This document shows positions 26,134 through 35,599 of a DNA stretch of 64,000 nt, piece after piece. The notes beneath the pieces are model-generated. The model was not told the origin of the DNA. It worked only from the letters and a program-made list of their open reading frames with translations, and did no database searches. The first letter of the stretch is position 1; every line of letters begins with the position of its first letter. Origin of the DNA: a virus; the IMG/VR virus record IMGVR_UViG_3300024344_000002, positions 1 through 64,000 of that record, one strand, 5' to 3'. Position numbers and translations under genes: made by a program.

Positions 26134-27735
26134 ATGCTTAGTTTTCATGCTGTAAGTGAGCATCCTATATCCAGCATCCCCGCTGTTGGTGTAGAACGCA
26201 CAGGTGCTAGTTCTCTAAGTGCAGCTGGAAGTGTTTCTTCTAGTGGCATAGTGCAAATTGCTGCTGTATCTTCTGCATCTTCTTCTGCTTCTACTTCTAT
26301 CTCTCAAGAATTGCAGATAGCTGCCAAATCTTCTTTAAGCAGTTCGGTTTCTTTATCTGCATCGGGAATAAAGACTAGCACAGCATCTGCGTCTTTGTCT
26401 TGTTCTGGAGCAACTCTTTCTGTTGGCGTCAAAGATATATTTGGCTCTACGTCAATGAGTTGTTCTGCCTCTGTTTCTTCTAAGTTAGTTGGAACTTGCA
26501 TACTAGAATCAAGAATGACAAATGGTTCCACTACGAGTGGATCAGGAGCTTTGGTACATCCGGGGCTTTCTTCTTTGTCAACTTCTTCTTCAGTTTCTGG
26601 TTCTTCCGTTATGGTGAACACTGGTGCTGCCAGCATAGAAACTGATGGAGCTATAGTTTCAGCATTGGTGGGTGATCAATTACTTGCCTCTATAATCAGC
26701 GGGCCATCATCTGTAACAGCATCGCCTTCTTTACATATTGGCGCAGTAGATGCTTTATCTGGAACTTGTTCTGTTTCTTCAAATGGAATTGTAGACAAGC
26801 TTGGTCAATCCTCTTTGTCATCAAGCATTTCTACTTCTGTATCTGGAATAGTTAATATAGCTTCCTTGTCTTCGCTCAGTTGTTCAGCGTCGATGACTTC
26901 TACATCTGTATCTGACCTTGTTGCCGCTTCTCTTACAATAGGATCTGCAAGTTTTAGTTCAGATGGATTTGTTGAAATAGGATCTACATCTTCTATTGCA
27001 TGTGCTGGAACTACTCTAAGCGTAGGTGTAAATGAAACATCAGGATCTGCTAGTTTATCTTCTTCGGTTTCTGTAAGTGGAAAATTAGTAGGAACTGCAC
27101 TTATAAAAAGTTCCCTTAGCTCTAGTGTTTCTACTAGCAATGCCCCAGAACTTACAATTAAATCTGTTTCTTCACTATCATCTTCTGGGTCTTTGTCCAG
27201 TGATGGTGTTGTAAATAAACTTGGACAGTCGCATATATCCAGCGGAAATCCATATACGACAGGGTTTGATTTTGGGTTTAATGGAGGTACTTCTGTTATA
27301 GCCCACGCTACTGTTAGGCAGAATCATTTAGATTGCTTTGCAACGCTTTCTTCTAGTGGTATGCTTGAACAGTCTAACAAATCATCACTATCAACTTCTG
27401 TGTCTGTAGATTTTAGTCATGCTTTAGTTGCTACTCTCAAAAGTACGGCATTTTTAACTGGAAACAGTGTATTATCTAATAGAGCAATTGCTCATTTGCA
27501 GGCTATTAGCAGTATACAGCCTATACTTTCTACGGATTATGATAATCCTGACATAGTATCAGTTACGTTGTATATTGATAAAGGATTACTCATAACTGGC
27601 AATATAAACAAGGTAAAAGATATTGCTGGCTATATAGATAAACAAAGATCAATAACTGCGACGATAGATAAAAGCAGCGGAATGACAGGCTATATAGATA
27701 AAATAGTAGAAAAAACACTTGTCAGAGAAAGATAA
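26134..27735 (+). CDS. Ser-rich repetitive virion fibre protein
   Basis: ~20-aa periodic S/A/G-rich repeats; C-terminal 10-aa xxIDK repeats. Confidence 0.65.
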   Translation: MLSFHAVSEHPISSIPAVGVERTGASSLSAAGSVSSSGIVQIAAVSSASSSASTSISQELQIAAKSSLSSSVSLSASGIKTSTASASLSCSGATLSVGVKDIFGSTSMSCSASVSSKLVGTCILESRMTNGSTTSGSGALVHPGLSSLSTSSSVSGSSVMVNTGAASIETDGAIVSALVGDQLLASIISGPSSVTASPSLHIGAVDALSGTCSVSSNGIVDKLGQSSLSSSISTSVSGIVNIASLSSLSCSASMTSTSVSDLVAASLTIGSASFSSDGFVEIGSTSSIACAGTTLSVGVNETSGSASLSSSVSVSGKLVGTALIKSSLSSSVSTSNAPELTIKSVSSLSSSGSLSSDGVVNKLGQSHISSGNPYTTGFDFGFNGGTSVIAHATVRQNHLDCFATLSSSGMLEQSNKSSLSTSVSVDFSHALVATLKSTAFLTGNSVLSNRAIAHLQAISSIQPILSTDYDNPDIVSVTLYIDKGLLITGNINKVKDIAGYIDKQRSITATIDKSSGMTGYIDKIVEKTLVRER

Positions 27736-27737
27736 AC

Positions 27738-28046
27738 ATGGCCGCTAACGAAATTCACGTAAATGACATTGGAACACAGTTCTTAGTAACCGTACAAGAT
27801 GGGTCTAGTGCTGTTGATATTTCAAGTTCTTCAACCAAGCAAATAATAATCAAGAAACCATCTGGAGCAAAGATCACCGGATCAGCGGTGTTTAGCAGCG
27901 ACGGAACAGATGGAAAGATGTATTACAACACTGTATCTGGAGACTTAGACGAAGCTGGGTCTTACAAGATTCAAGGAAAAGTCATCGTATCTGATGGTAC
28001 TTTTTATACAGACATAACCAGCTTCAAAGTCCACAGAAATCTATAG
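27738..28046 (+). CDS. BppU-like Ig-fold virion protein
   Basis: IHVNDIGT.F.VTV.D...IIKKPSG...DG...Y....GDLDEAG.YKIQ. Confidence 0.6.
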   Translation: MAANEIHVNDIGTQFLVTVQDGSSAVDISSSSTKQIIIKKPSGAKITGSAVFSSDGTDGKMYYNTVSGDLDEAGSYKIQGKVIVSDGTFYTDITSFKVHRNL

Positions 28047-28056
28047 GAGATGATAA

Positions 28057-28566
28057 ATGGCTTGGCAAAATGAAATGACAGTTATTGTTCGTCACCTAGT
28101 TAATGATTTAGACTCATCGAGCTATGAATACAATGACGACAGAGTAGAAGAATCTATTTTAGTAGCGGCACAGCTATCTTCTTTAGAAATAGACTTTGAA
28201 AGTGTCTATACAGTAGATGTAGATTCGCTTAGTTTGTCCCCTGATCCTACTGATTCAACAAACAAAGATGATTCTTTTATCAACCTTGTTTGTTTAAAAA
28301 CGGCTCAAATGCTAATAGGTAGTGAATTAAAGACACATTCATTAAATGCTATTTCTTTGAGAGATGGCCCTTCTGCGTTAGATCTTAGAGGAATAGTTTC
28401 TGGTCTTAAAATTTTGTTTGACGATATAAACAGAAGATTTGAAGAAGCTAAGACTCAATACAAACTAGATGGGGTTGTTGGTCAAGCTATACTTGGTCCA
28501 TACTCTCCCGGTAGTGACGCCATAGCAAGAACACATATGAATCAAAGGTCAGGGTGGTTTGAATAA
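28057..28566 (+). CDS. putative head-tail adaptor
   Basis: VRHLVNDLD....Y.D helical N-terminus typical of neck adaptors; position. Confidence 0.5.
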   Translation: MAWQNEMTVIVRHLVNDLDSSSYEYNDDRVEESILVAAQLSSLEIDFESVYTVDVDSLSLSPDPTDSTNKDDSFINLVCLKTAQMLIGSELKTHSLNAISLRDGPSALDLRGIVSGLKILFDDINRRFEEAKTQYKLDGVVGQAILGPYSPGSDAIARTHMNQRSGWFE

Positions 28567-30782
28567 TGGCAGAATATAAAGAACAAGATTTAAAAGCAAA
28601 GATAGAAGCGGATTTAGCCGACAATAGTAAAGGTCAAATAACAGCTAAGGTGCTACGAGACAGTATGTTGCATATTGTTGACTCTGTAGTACCTATCGTT
28701 GCTAGTGGAACTGACATGTATTTTGTCAACCCTATCAATATTAAAGATAGCGGTGTAGGCGCTGGAAATGCGCAGCTTGGTGTTATAAACGCTAAGTGGA
28801 ATGACAATACTGTTTCTTCTGTAAAGTTTCATACTGGCGATGATGCTACACATAAGAAAAATGGTCATATTACTTTTCACACATCTGCTTCTGGAATAGA
28901 TGTTGGCGGAGATGGCTTAAAAAGAAGAGTCTCTATAGAACCAGATGGACAATTTATTGTATATGGTAGTGGAACCAAACCTGCGTTTCGTTTGATAAAC
29001 AACTACAGTCCTTCTGGTGTTGGAATGCTCATAGAGCAGACGCACAAAACTTTGGCAGTTCCTAGTGGTCAAAACATAGAAATTGGTCACTTGGATACTA
29101 GAACAGAATTTTTCCATGAAAGACTGACTTTAGACGATAGAGGATATCTTGGTTTAGGTGTAAGAAATCCAGCTGAACCAATGCATATTAGAAGTTCTGG
29201 AAATGCTATAAGGTTTGATGTTAAGTCTCGTCCGAACTCGGTTAAAAATACAGCTGATATTTTAATTTCTAAATACAGTGGTGGCGAAGCTTATTCACAG
29301 AACAATTTATTTTCTAGCTTTGGTCTCGGTGTCGATACTAATGCTAGTGGAGTTGGTAGGTTCTTTGTTGGTTATGATGACGACAGAAAGAACCAAGTTG
29401 ACTTTGGAGATTCATTATTTGTCATAGCTAGTGGCGGTAATGCTTCATTAGGATCTCTCTATCCACAAGAACGATTAGTCGTAGGTGATGATCTTGGTAA
29501 GCATACAGTCGCCAGTGGTGACATAGCAGCTGTAGTAGGTGCTAATTACGGTGATGCCTCTATACTTGTTGGGTCGGGCAATGCAAATACAAACTTGTCC
29601 AACTTTGCTCAATCTAAGTGGGATAGCTCCACAAAACAGTTTATTATCCAATCAAAATCAAATGGCATAACAAGAAGTAATCAGCTTGTTCTGGACTCTA
29701 CAAATGGAAACGTAGGGTTTGCTAGTTCTGGCACAGCTTACGATACATGGAGACCACTCTTTAATACACATGTTTATGCGAGTGGCACTTCTACTGCTGG
29801 TGTAGAAACCCCGATGGGTAATGAGTCTGCTATTTATATTGGCAAGAATACTTCTGGTAGTGGCGATCCAACTATTGGACATTGGTCTTCCATTGGTTAC
29901 AAAAGTGCTAGCGAAGTACTAAAAATTAACAACTCTGGCTCATTGTCTCCAAACAATTTAACGATTGATAGAATTGGAAACGTAGGTATTGGTACAGACT
30001 CTCCCTACGACAATTTTGCCGCTGGCAATAATAGGCTTCATGTTTTTGGAAGCAATTCTTCTTTGCTGGTTGGAGAAATGGTAACTGATTCTGCAATTAG
30101 AATCTTTGGCTCAAGAAGTACTACAAACACTGCGTACATTCAAGCTGGTACAAGTGCAGCTGATGCTGATGCTAAACTTGCAATTAGCAGAATGGATAGT
30201 GATACCAGTAATATTTCTGAACTTCATTTAAGATCTGACAAAACTACTGTTTATGGAAACATTGCTTTAAATGATAAGTGGCTGAGTAATGATGGTGGTG
30301 ATGAAGGAATTAAGGTTACTAACGATGGTAAAGTTGGTATCAATATTGGGTCTCCAACACACGAACTTCAGTTGAGTACTAACTCAGCTGGAAAACCAAT
30401 TAGTTCTGTTTGGACTGTTGTTTCTGACTCTCGTGTTAAGGAAGACATAAGTGATATCACTGGAGCTTTAGACAAGATTGATGCGCTAAGACCAGTTAAG
30501 TTCAAGTATACACATGACTATTGCAATTGTGATCATTCTGGAAATATAGATGACGACACTTATTACTACAACTTTATAGCGCAAGAAGTTGAGACGCATC
30601 TTCCTGAAGCTGTTACGACAACTAACATTGACGTACACAATCATGATACTGACGAAGTGTTGGTTGAAAACATAAAAACTCTAGATGCACATATTATTAA
30701 CGTTTACTTAGTTTCCGCAATCAAAGAGCTTAAGGCAGAACTTGATGCGGCTAAAGCGAGAATAACTGAATTAGAATCCTAA
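28566..30782 (+). CDS. tail fibre/spike with C-terminal intramolecular chaperone (Peptidase S74)
   Basis: GNVGIGT repeats; SDSRVKEDI...LRPVKFKY...FIAQEVE...LVSAIKELKAE. Confidence 0.85.
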   Translation: MAEYKEQDLKAKIEADLADNSKGQITAKVLRDSMLHIVDSVVPIVASGTDMYFVNPINIKDSGVGAGNAQLGVINAKWNDNTVSSVKFHTGDDATHKKNGHITFHTSASGIDVGGDGLKRRVSIEPDGQFIVYGSGTKPAFRLINNYSPSGVGMLIEQTHKTLAVPSGQNIEIGHLDTRTEFFHERLTLDDRGYLGLGVRNPAEPMHIRSSGNAIRFDVKSRPNSVKNTADILISKYSGGEAYSQNNLFSSFGLGVDTNASGVGRFFVGYDDDRKNQVDFGDSLFVIASGGNASLGSLYPQERLVVGDDLGKHTVASGDIAAVVGANYGDASILVGSGNANTNLSNFAQSKWDSSTKQFIIQSKSNGITRSNQLVLDSTNGNVGFASSGTAYDTWRPLFNTHVYASGTSTAGVETPMGNESAIYIGKNTSGSGDPTIGHWSSIGYKSASEVLKINNSGSLSPNNLTIDRIGNVGIGTDSPYDNFAAGNNRLHVFGSNSSLLVGEMVTDSAIRIFGSRSTTNTAYIQAGTSAADADAKLAISRMDSDTSNISELHLRSDKTTVYGNIALNDKWLSNDGGDEGIKVTNDGKVGINIGSPTHELQLSTNSAGKPISSVWTVVSDSRVKEDISDITGALDKIDALRPVKFKYTHDYCNCDHSGNIDDDTYYYNFIAQEVETHLPEAVTTTNIDVHNHDTDEVLVENIKTLDAHIINVYLVSAIKELKAELDAAKARITELES

Positions 30783-30795
30783 AAGGGAGATAAAA

Positions 30796-30990
30796 ATGGC
30801 TGACGTAGCAACAAATATAAGTGGTTCAACTGAAAAGAATGGAACAGTTGTAACCGGAGTCGATAGATGTGGCAATTACAAAACTATAGATGCTGTTCAA
30901 AATGACGCTGCTGACGTAGCTGGTTTAGACAGTAAATATACAAACAGATTTGACGATCCTAGATACTATTCCGGTGATGCAATTGGTTAA
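30796..30990 (+). CDS. small virion-associated hypothetical protein
   Basis: 64 aa, GGGAG RBS. Confidence 0.6.
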   Translation: MADVATNISGSTEKNGTVVTGVDRCGNYKTIDAVQNDAADVAGLDSKYTNRFDDPRYYSGDAIG

Positions 30991-31000
30991 GGTGTAAAAA

Positions 31001-31492
31001 ATGGCTTTGAAATTACCCGCAAGTGCATTTACGAAATTGAACGAAGCTATACTTTTGTTCAACCGTACTTGTACTATAGTTTATCCAGAAAAAAAGGAAA
31101 AATGCGGAAATTGTGTTGCAAATACAATAGGTGGAAGATCTACCAACTTTTATAGAAGTGGTGGTCCTGTGCCTTTTGAAAGAGGAAATAACTGTCCACT
31201 TTGTGGTGGGTCAGGGTTTAAGTCAATTGAAAGTACCGATTCAGTTGAGCTTAGGATTTATTACAACCGAAGAGATTTTATAGATGTTGGGTTTAACGCG
31301 GATATTCCTAACAATGTAGTTCAAACGGTTGGATATGCTGATGATTATCAAAAACTTACAAAGTGCAAGGAATTACTTGTTGATGTAGGTAAGCATAATC
31401 AAGGAAGGTATAAAAGGATTTCTGAGCCATATAACCAAGGCTTCAAACAAAACCCTACACAATACATTGTTTTGTTTTGGGAAAGAGTTTAA
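31001..31492 (+). CDS. putative head-closure/neck protein with Zn-finger-like CxxC pairs
   Basis: CGNC...CPLCGGSG insertion; beta-rich remainder; position. Confidence 0.5.
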   Translation: MALKLPASAFTKLNEAILLFNRTCTIVYPEKKEKCGNCVANTIGGRSTNFYRSGGPVPFERGNNCPLCGGSGFKSIESTDSVELRIYYNRRDFIDVGFNADIPNNVVQTVGYADDYQKLTKCKELLVDVGKHNQGRYKRISEPYNQGFKQNPTQYIVLFWERV

Positions 31493-32184
31493 TGTCTAAA
31501 GGTTTATGGGTTGAAATAAAAGAGAGTTCAAGCGATTTTGACAAAATTATAAGAGCAAGTATAGGAAGGGTTTTGTCAAAGGCTTTTAGCGCTGCTTATC
31601 CAGCGATAGTAAAAGAATTAAAAACATTAGTACATCATCATGTTTCAAATGCAGATGTCATAAAAGATTTGATGTCTGGTGGAATGCTAAGAGGAGAACT
31701 TGGTTTATCATCAGGTTCTGCTAGCTCTGCTGCTAAAGCTATAGCTCAAGAAATAGGCAATAGCGTTGAAGCTGAGTTTACAGGATTTGATCTTACTCGT
31801 GGAAGTAGTCTGGGCGGCGGAGCGATTAACCGTGGAGGCTTGACTATATATATTCAAAAGTCTGACTTTACTAATATACTTAGTTTAGCTCAGTCAAGTA
31901 TTTCTTATTACTCTAAAAAGTATAAAACAACTGTCAAACTTGATTGGCTTAATTGGTTGTTGACTCAGGGTGATAAGATTATAGTTGCAAAATATCACTA
32001 CGCTCCCAACAAAGGAAAAGGTAGATCGGGACTTGGAAGAATGAAGAAAAAAGGTGCTTGGAGAGTAGATCCAAACTTTTCAGGTACAGTAGAAAACAAT
32101 TTTATTACAAGAGCCTTAGATAACGATACCTTCAAAAAAGATATATCAGATTTAATATCAAAAGAATTAACAAAGCATCTGTAA
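31492..32184 (+). CDS. putative neck/tail-completion protein
   Basis: LRGELG, WLNWLL.QGD, GRSG.G.M, NNFITRA; position between neck and terminator genes. Confidence 0.5.
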   Translation: MSKGLWVEIKESSSDFDKIIRASIGRVLSKAFSAAYPAIVKELKTLVHHHVSNADVIKDLMSGGMLRGELGLSSGSASSAAKAIAQEIGNSVEAEFTGFDLTRGSSLGGGAINRGGLTIYIQKSDFTNILSLAQSSISYYSKKYKTTVKLDWLNWLLTQGDKIIVAKYHYAPNKGKGRSGLGRMKKKGAWRVDPNFSGTVENNFITRALDNDTFKKDISDLISKELTKHL

Positions 32185-32185
32185 T

Positions 32186-33214
32186 ATGCAAGACCACACA
32201 AGATTAAACAAAATAGAAAATGTTGGCGATAGTACCCTATCACCTCTAATGCAAGACAATGTAATAGAGTTTTTTGATTGGGCTATTATAAACGCTGGTG
32301 GTTTTTACAACGTAGAAATACCAACCTCCGGCCACTACGGAGGCGACAAACACAAATTAAGATTGGTAGACGATCCTAGATATAATTCTGGGCAAGTCTG
32401 GGAAGGCTTTAGATCTAATTGGGTTTGGCAAAGTGGGCTGGCTTCAGCTACGCAACCAAACACAATAACAAAAGTAAAGCCAGATGCTGGAACTTATCCT
32501 AATGCAAAAAACTATCCCGGAGTATCTGGGATATTTGTAGATGGTAATTTTCAACCAGCTTCTGGTGCAGGCACTTATGCATATCACATAGACTATCCCA
32601 ATGGGAGAGTAGTATTTGATACAGCTATTAGCACTACTAGTACTGTTACTGCTGAGTTTAGTCATAAGTGGGTTGATGTTATTAGAGCTAATAGTGATTT
32701 TTTTAGAGAAGTTCAATATAGATCTTTCCGAGCGGACGGAGACTTTACATTGACTGGATCTGGAGATTATTCACAATTAGCGGAAAATAGACTACAACTG
32801 CCCGTTATTGCTGTAGAAATGGTCCAAGGGAGGAATTTAGAACCTTACGCGCTAGGTACAATGACTCATTATGTTAATACAGATGTATTGTTTCATGTAA
32901 TGGCCGAAGAGGATTATACAAGAGACAAACTTCTTGACATTGTCTCTTTACAAGAGGAAAAAACTATCCTTATGTTTGATAGTGATAGAATCGGTAGAAA
33001 TGATGCATTTCCGCTGGATTATAGAGGTATGGTCAAGAATGATGCTCTTAGGTATCCAGAATTGGTAAAACCTAGTGGAGAATCAGGATATAGATATGGC
33101 GGTGTTTCTGGCAGCGTTATGACTTTTAAGGAGGCTACAGTACAAGTTTCTGATGCATTTAACGAAAATCTGTATCATGGCGTTGTAAGGATGAACACAG
33201 AGGTAATTACTTAG
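32186..33214 (+). CDS. putative tail terminator protein
   Basis: QLPVIAVE...DVLFHV.AE....RDKL.D motif; immediately upstream of the tail tube. Confidence 0.5.
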   Translation: MQDHTRLNKIENVGDSTLSPLMQDNVIEFFDWAIINAGGFYNVEIPTSGHYGGDKHKLRLVDDPRYNSGQVWEGFRSNWVWQSGLASATQPNTITKVKPDAGTYPNAKNYPGVSGIFVDGNFQPASGAGTYAYHIDYPNGRVVFDTAISTTSTVTAEFSHKWVDVIRANSDFFREVQYRSFRADGDFTLTGSGDYSQLAENRLQLPVIAVEMVQGRNLEPYALGTMTHYVNTDVLFHVMAEEDYTRDKLLDIVSLQEEKTILMFDSDRIGRNDAFPLDYRGMVKNDALRYPELVKPSGESGYRYGGVSGSVMTFKEATVQVSDAFNENLYHGVVRMNTEVIT

Positions 33215-33227
33215 TTTTTACCTTAAT

Positions 33228-33238
33228 TGGTGTATAAT
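33228..33238 (+). promoter_or_regulatory. putative late promoter TGGTGTATAAT (tail tube)
   Basis: Fourth intergenic copy of the motif. Confidence 0.72.
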
Positions 33239-33276
33239 AACTTAGAAAACAAAACTCACTTTTGGGAGAGATTATA

Positions 33277-34404
33277 ATGGCAGCAAATAGAATTTACTGG
33301 GCTATTACTGCGCTTAGTACTGCTCCTGAATCTACTGGTGCAGCTGGTCCGGGTGGCGAAAAAGCCATTACCGCAGCCAACTTTGTGCCGGGCGTTCAGA
33401 GTGTCGGTATTACTACTACATTTAATCTAGAACAGGTTTTTGAACTTGGTCAATTAGAATTGTACCAAGACGTTGAAGAAGTACCTGATATCGAAGTTTC
33501 TGTAGAGCGCGTAATAGATGAACATATACTTTTATATACTAGGTGTGTAGATCCTGCAACACCAAGTGGCAATAAGACTATTTCAGCAATCCAAAACAAT
33601 AAGGTGGATGTATTTATGAATGTACATCCAGACTCAGCCGATAATGCTGGTGATAGTGTACCAGATGCTATCGTTCATTGTTCTGGTATGTATTTATCAA
33701 GTGTTTCATTTAACATGGCAACTGATGGTAACTTAACTGAATCTATTACTCTTGTTGGAAACCACAAGAGATGGAGACAGGGTAAGGCGCACGAGACTGG
33801 TACAAATACTCACTGGAGTAGCAAAACTCCATTCGTAGTAACTGATGTTCCTCGTGGTATGCCTACAGCTACGAACATTGATGCTAAAGCAACTGGTGCT
33901 GTTGTAAAACGTCGTCAAAACGTTCACATCACACCTCCTGCTAGTGCTGGTGGTTCAGATGCAAAAGTTACAAGTGCTAGTGTAAGTTGTGACTTTGGTC
34001 GTGAACAAATTAATGTTCTTGGCGCTAGACTGCCATATCATAGATATGTTAGTTATCCTGTTGAAGTTACTTGTGATTTGGAAGTTGTAATTACTGATAT
34101 TAATGATCAAGGTATTACAGCTTTGCCAGAGTCTGACAATCTTAGCGAAGAAACTCTTAAGTTTGAAATTAAAGACGACGCAGGAGTTGCAATTGCTACT
34201 ATTGACCTTGGCACTAAAAACAAACTTACATCTGTTACTTGGGGCGGTGGAGATACTGGTGGTGGTAATGCTACCTTTAGTTACTCATACCGTAACTTTA
34301 ACAAGATGGATGTTCACAGTCATAAAACAACATATAGTATTGTTGAATGTGGCGATGACGCCAATAAGAATGTTACTGACTACACAAGTTCTATTAGTTG
34401 TTAG
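33277..34404 (+). CDS. major tail (tube) protein
   Basis: GVQSVGITTTFNLEQVFELGQ and second half SVSCDFGREQINVLG (duplicated tube-fold halves); own promoter and terminator. Confidence 0.7.
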   Translation: MAANRIYWAITALSTAPESTGAAGPGGEKAITAANFVPGVQSVGITTTFNLEQVFELGQLELYQDVEEVPDIEVSVERVIDEHILLYTRCVDPATPSGNKTISAIQNNKVDVFMNVHPDSADNAGDSVPDAIVHCSGMYLSSVSFNMATDGNLTESITLVGNHKRWRQGKAHETGTNTHWSSKTPFVVTDVPRGMPTATNIDAKATGAVVKRRQNVHITPPASAGGSDAKVTSASVSCDFGREQINVLGARLPYHRYVSYPVEVTCDLEVVITDINDQGITALPESDNLSEETLKFEIKDDAGVAIATIDLGTKNKLTSVTWGGGDTGGGNATFSYSYRNFNKMDVHSHKTTYSIVECGDDANKNVTDYTSSISC

Positions 34405-34421
34405 TAGTCTGAAATCTGACT

Positions 34422-34455
34422 TGATAAGGGGTTGGTTTTCCAGCCCCTTTTGTCA
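34422..34455 (+). terminator. terminator-like hairpin after the tail tube gene
   Basis: AAGGGGTTGG-tttt-CCAGCCCCTT-TTG. Confidence 0.7.
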
Positions 34456-34564
34456 GTTCACATAGCGATAGCCACAAAATTAGGATAGGCGAGTGAATGA
34501 GCTGACTTTTTATACGTATGGGATTATAAGGATCGGGAAGCAAAAAACCCGATAGTAGAATTCT

Positions 34565-35599
34565 ATGGAATTTTATGAACGGGATTTTTTTGTATCAAGG
34601 CTACTAGCCGGATATGTAAAACTAGACTTCAAAAAGCTGAAGCTCTATGTTCATCCACCTACTCCTGAAGTTAATTATGAATCTCAGGAGATTTTTATGG
34701 AAGCTTACGAAGAAGCTTTTATGTCGGGTGTTTTCACAAGACAAGAAATGCGCAACTACATGCTTCAAAACGGCTTGTGGTCAAAAGCGGAAGAAAAAGA
34801 AAAAGAAAAAGTAAAAAAAGAAGCAGAAGATTTAAAAATACAGCTTTATAAAAACTTTGTAAACCCAGTAAAGAAAAAAGCAATAAGAAGCTTGATTAGG
34901 GAAGCTGAACAAAAATTATTGAATCTAGCAATAAAGGAGTCAACGTATAATCATACTGACTGTGAAGGTTTAGCGACCTATGCAAGATTGAATTGGTTAA
35001 CGCAGAATACAACAAAAAATCTAGATGGTTCTTTGTATAGTTTTAATGAAATTGATGTATCAAGTGTATTAAAAAGATATCAAGCAGAACTGTTAGATGA
35101 TTTAGAAGCAAGGGAGATAGCTAGGACTGAACCTTGGAGGAACAATTGGAATAGCTCCAAATATACCAACGGGTTATTTAATGTGAGTTCTCCAATACAG
35201 TTAAACCAAGAACAAAAGTCGGTTTTAGCATATTCTCAGATGTACGATAATATATCTGAATCTCATGAATCACCAGTTGATGACATTATACAAGATGATG
35301 ATGCTTTAGATGGCTGGTTAATAAAACAAAGAAGAGAATCAGAAAAAAGAAAGAATCAAAAAGGAAACGAAGACAGACTTGGCGCACATAGTGGAGCTGA
35401 CGAAGTCTACGTTATTACAGAAGGAAAAGAAGAGGCCGAAGCTGTATACGATATGAATGATGGCGAAGCAATGTACAATGTTTCTGAGCGATTTGCCACT
35501 TTGGAAAGAGATGGCGAAATTGACTACACGGCTTTTGGGGATGTTAAAAGAAGACTAAATGAGCAAATGAATGACATGATGAAATCAAGGAGAGGTTGA
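34565..35599 (+). CDS. putative tail assembly chaperone-region protein
   Basis: Helical, acidic; lies between tail tube and tape measure. Confidence 0.5.
   Translation: MEFYERDFFVSRLLAGYVKLDFKKLKLYVHPPTPEVNYESQEIFMEAYEEAFMSGVFTRQEMRNYMLQNGLWSKAEEKEKEKVKKEAEDLKIQLYKNFVNPVKKKAIRSLIREAEQKLLNLAIKESTYNHTDCEGLATYARLNWLTQNTTKNLDGSLYSFNEIDVSSVLKRYQAELLDDLEAREIARTEPWRNNWNSSKYTNGLFNVSSPIQLNQEQKSVLAYSQMYDNISESHESPVDDIIQDDDALDGWLIKQRRESEKRKNQKGNEDRLGAHSGADEVYVITEGKEEAEAVYDMNDGEAMYNVSERFATLERDGEIDYTAFGDVKRRLNEQMNDMMKSRRG

Noticed and set aside
34456-34564. Possible tRNA in the long intergenic gap
   Set aside because: No cloverleaf or TTC(G/A)A T-loop; I saw no tRNA anywhere in the window
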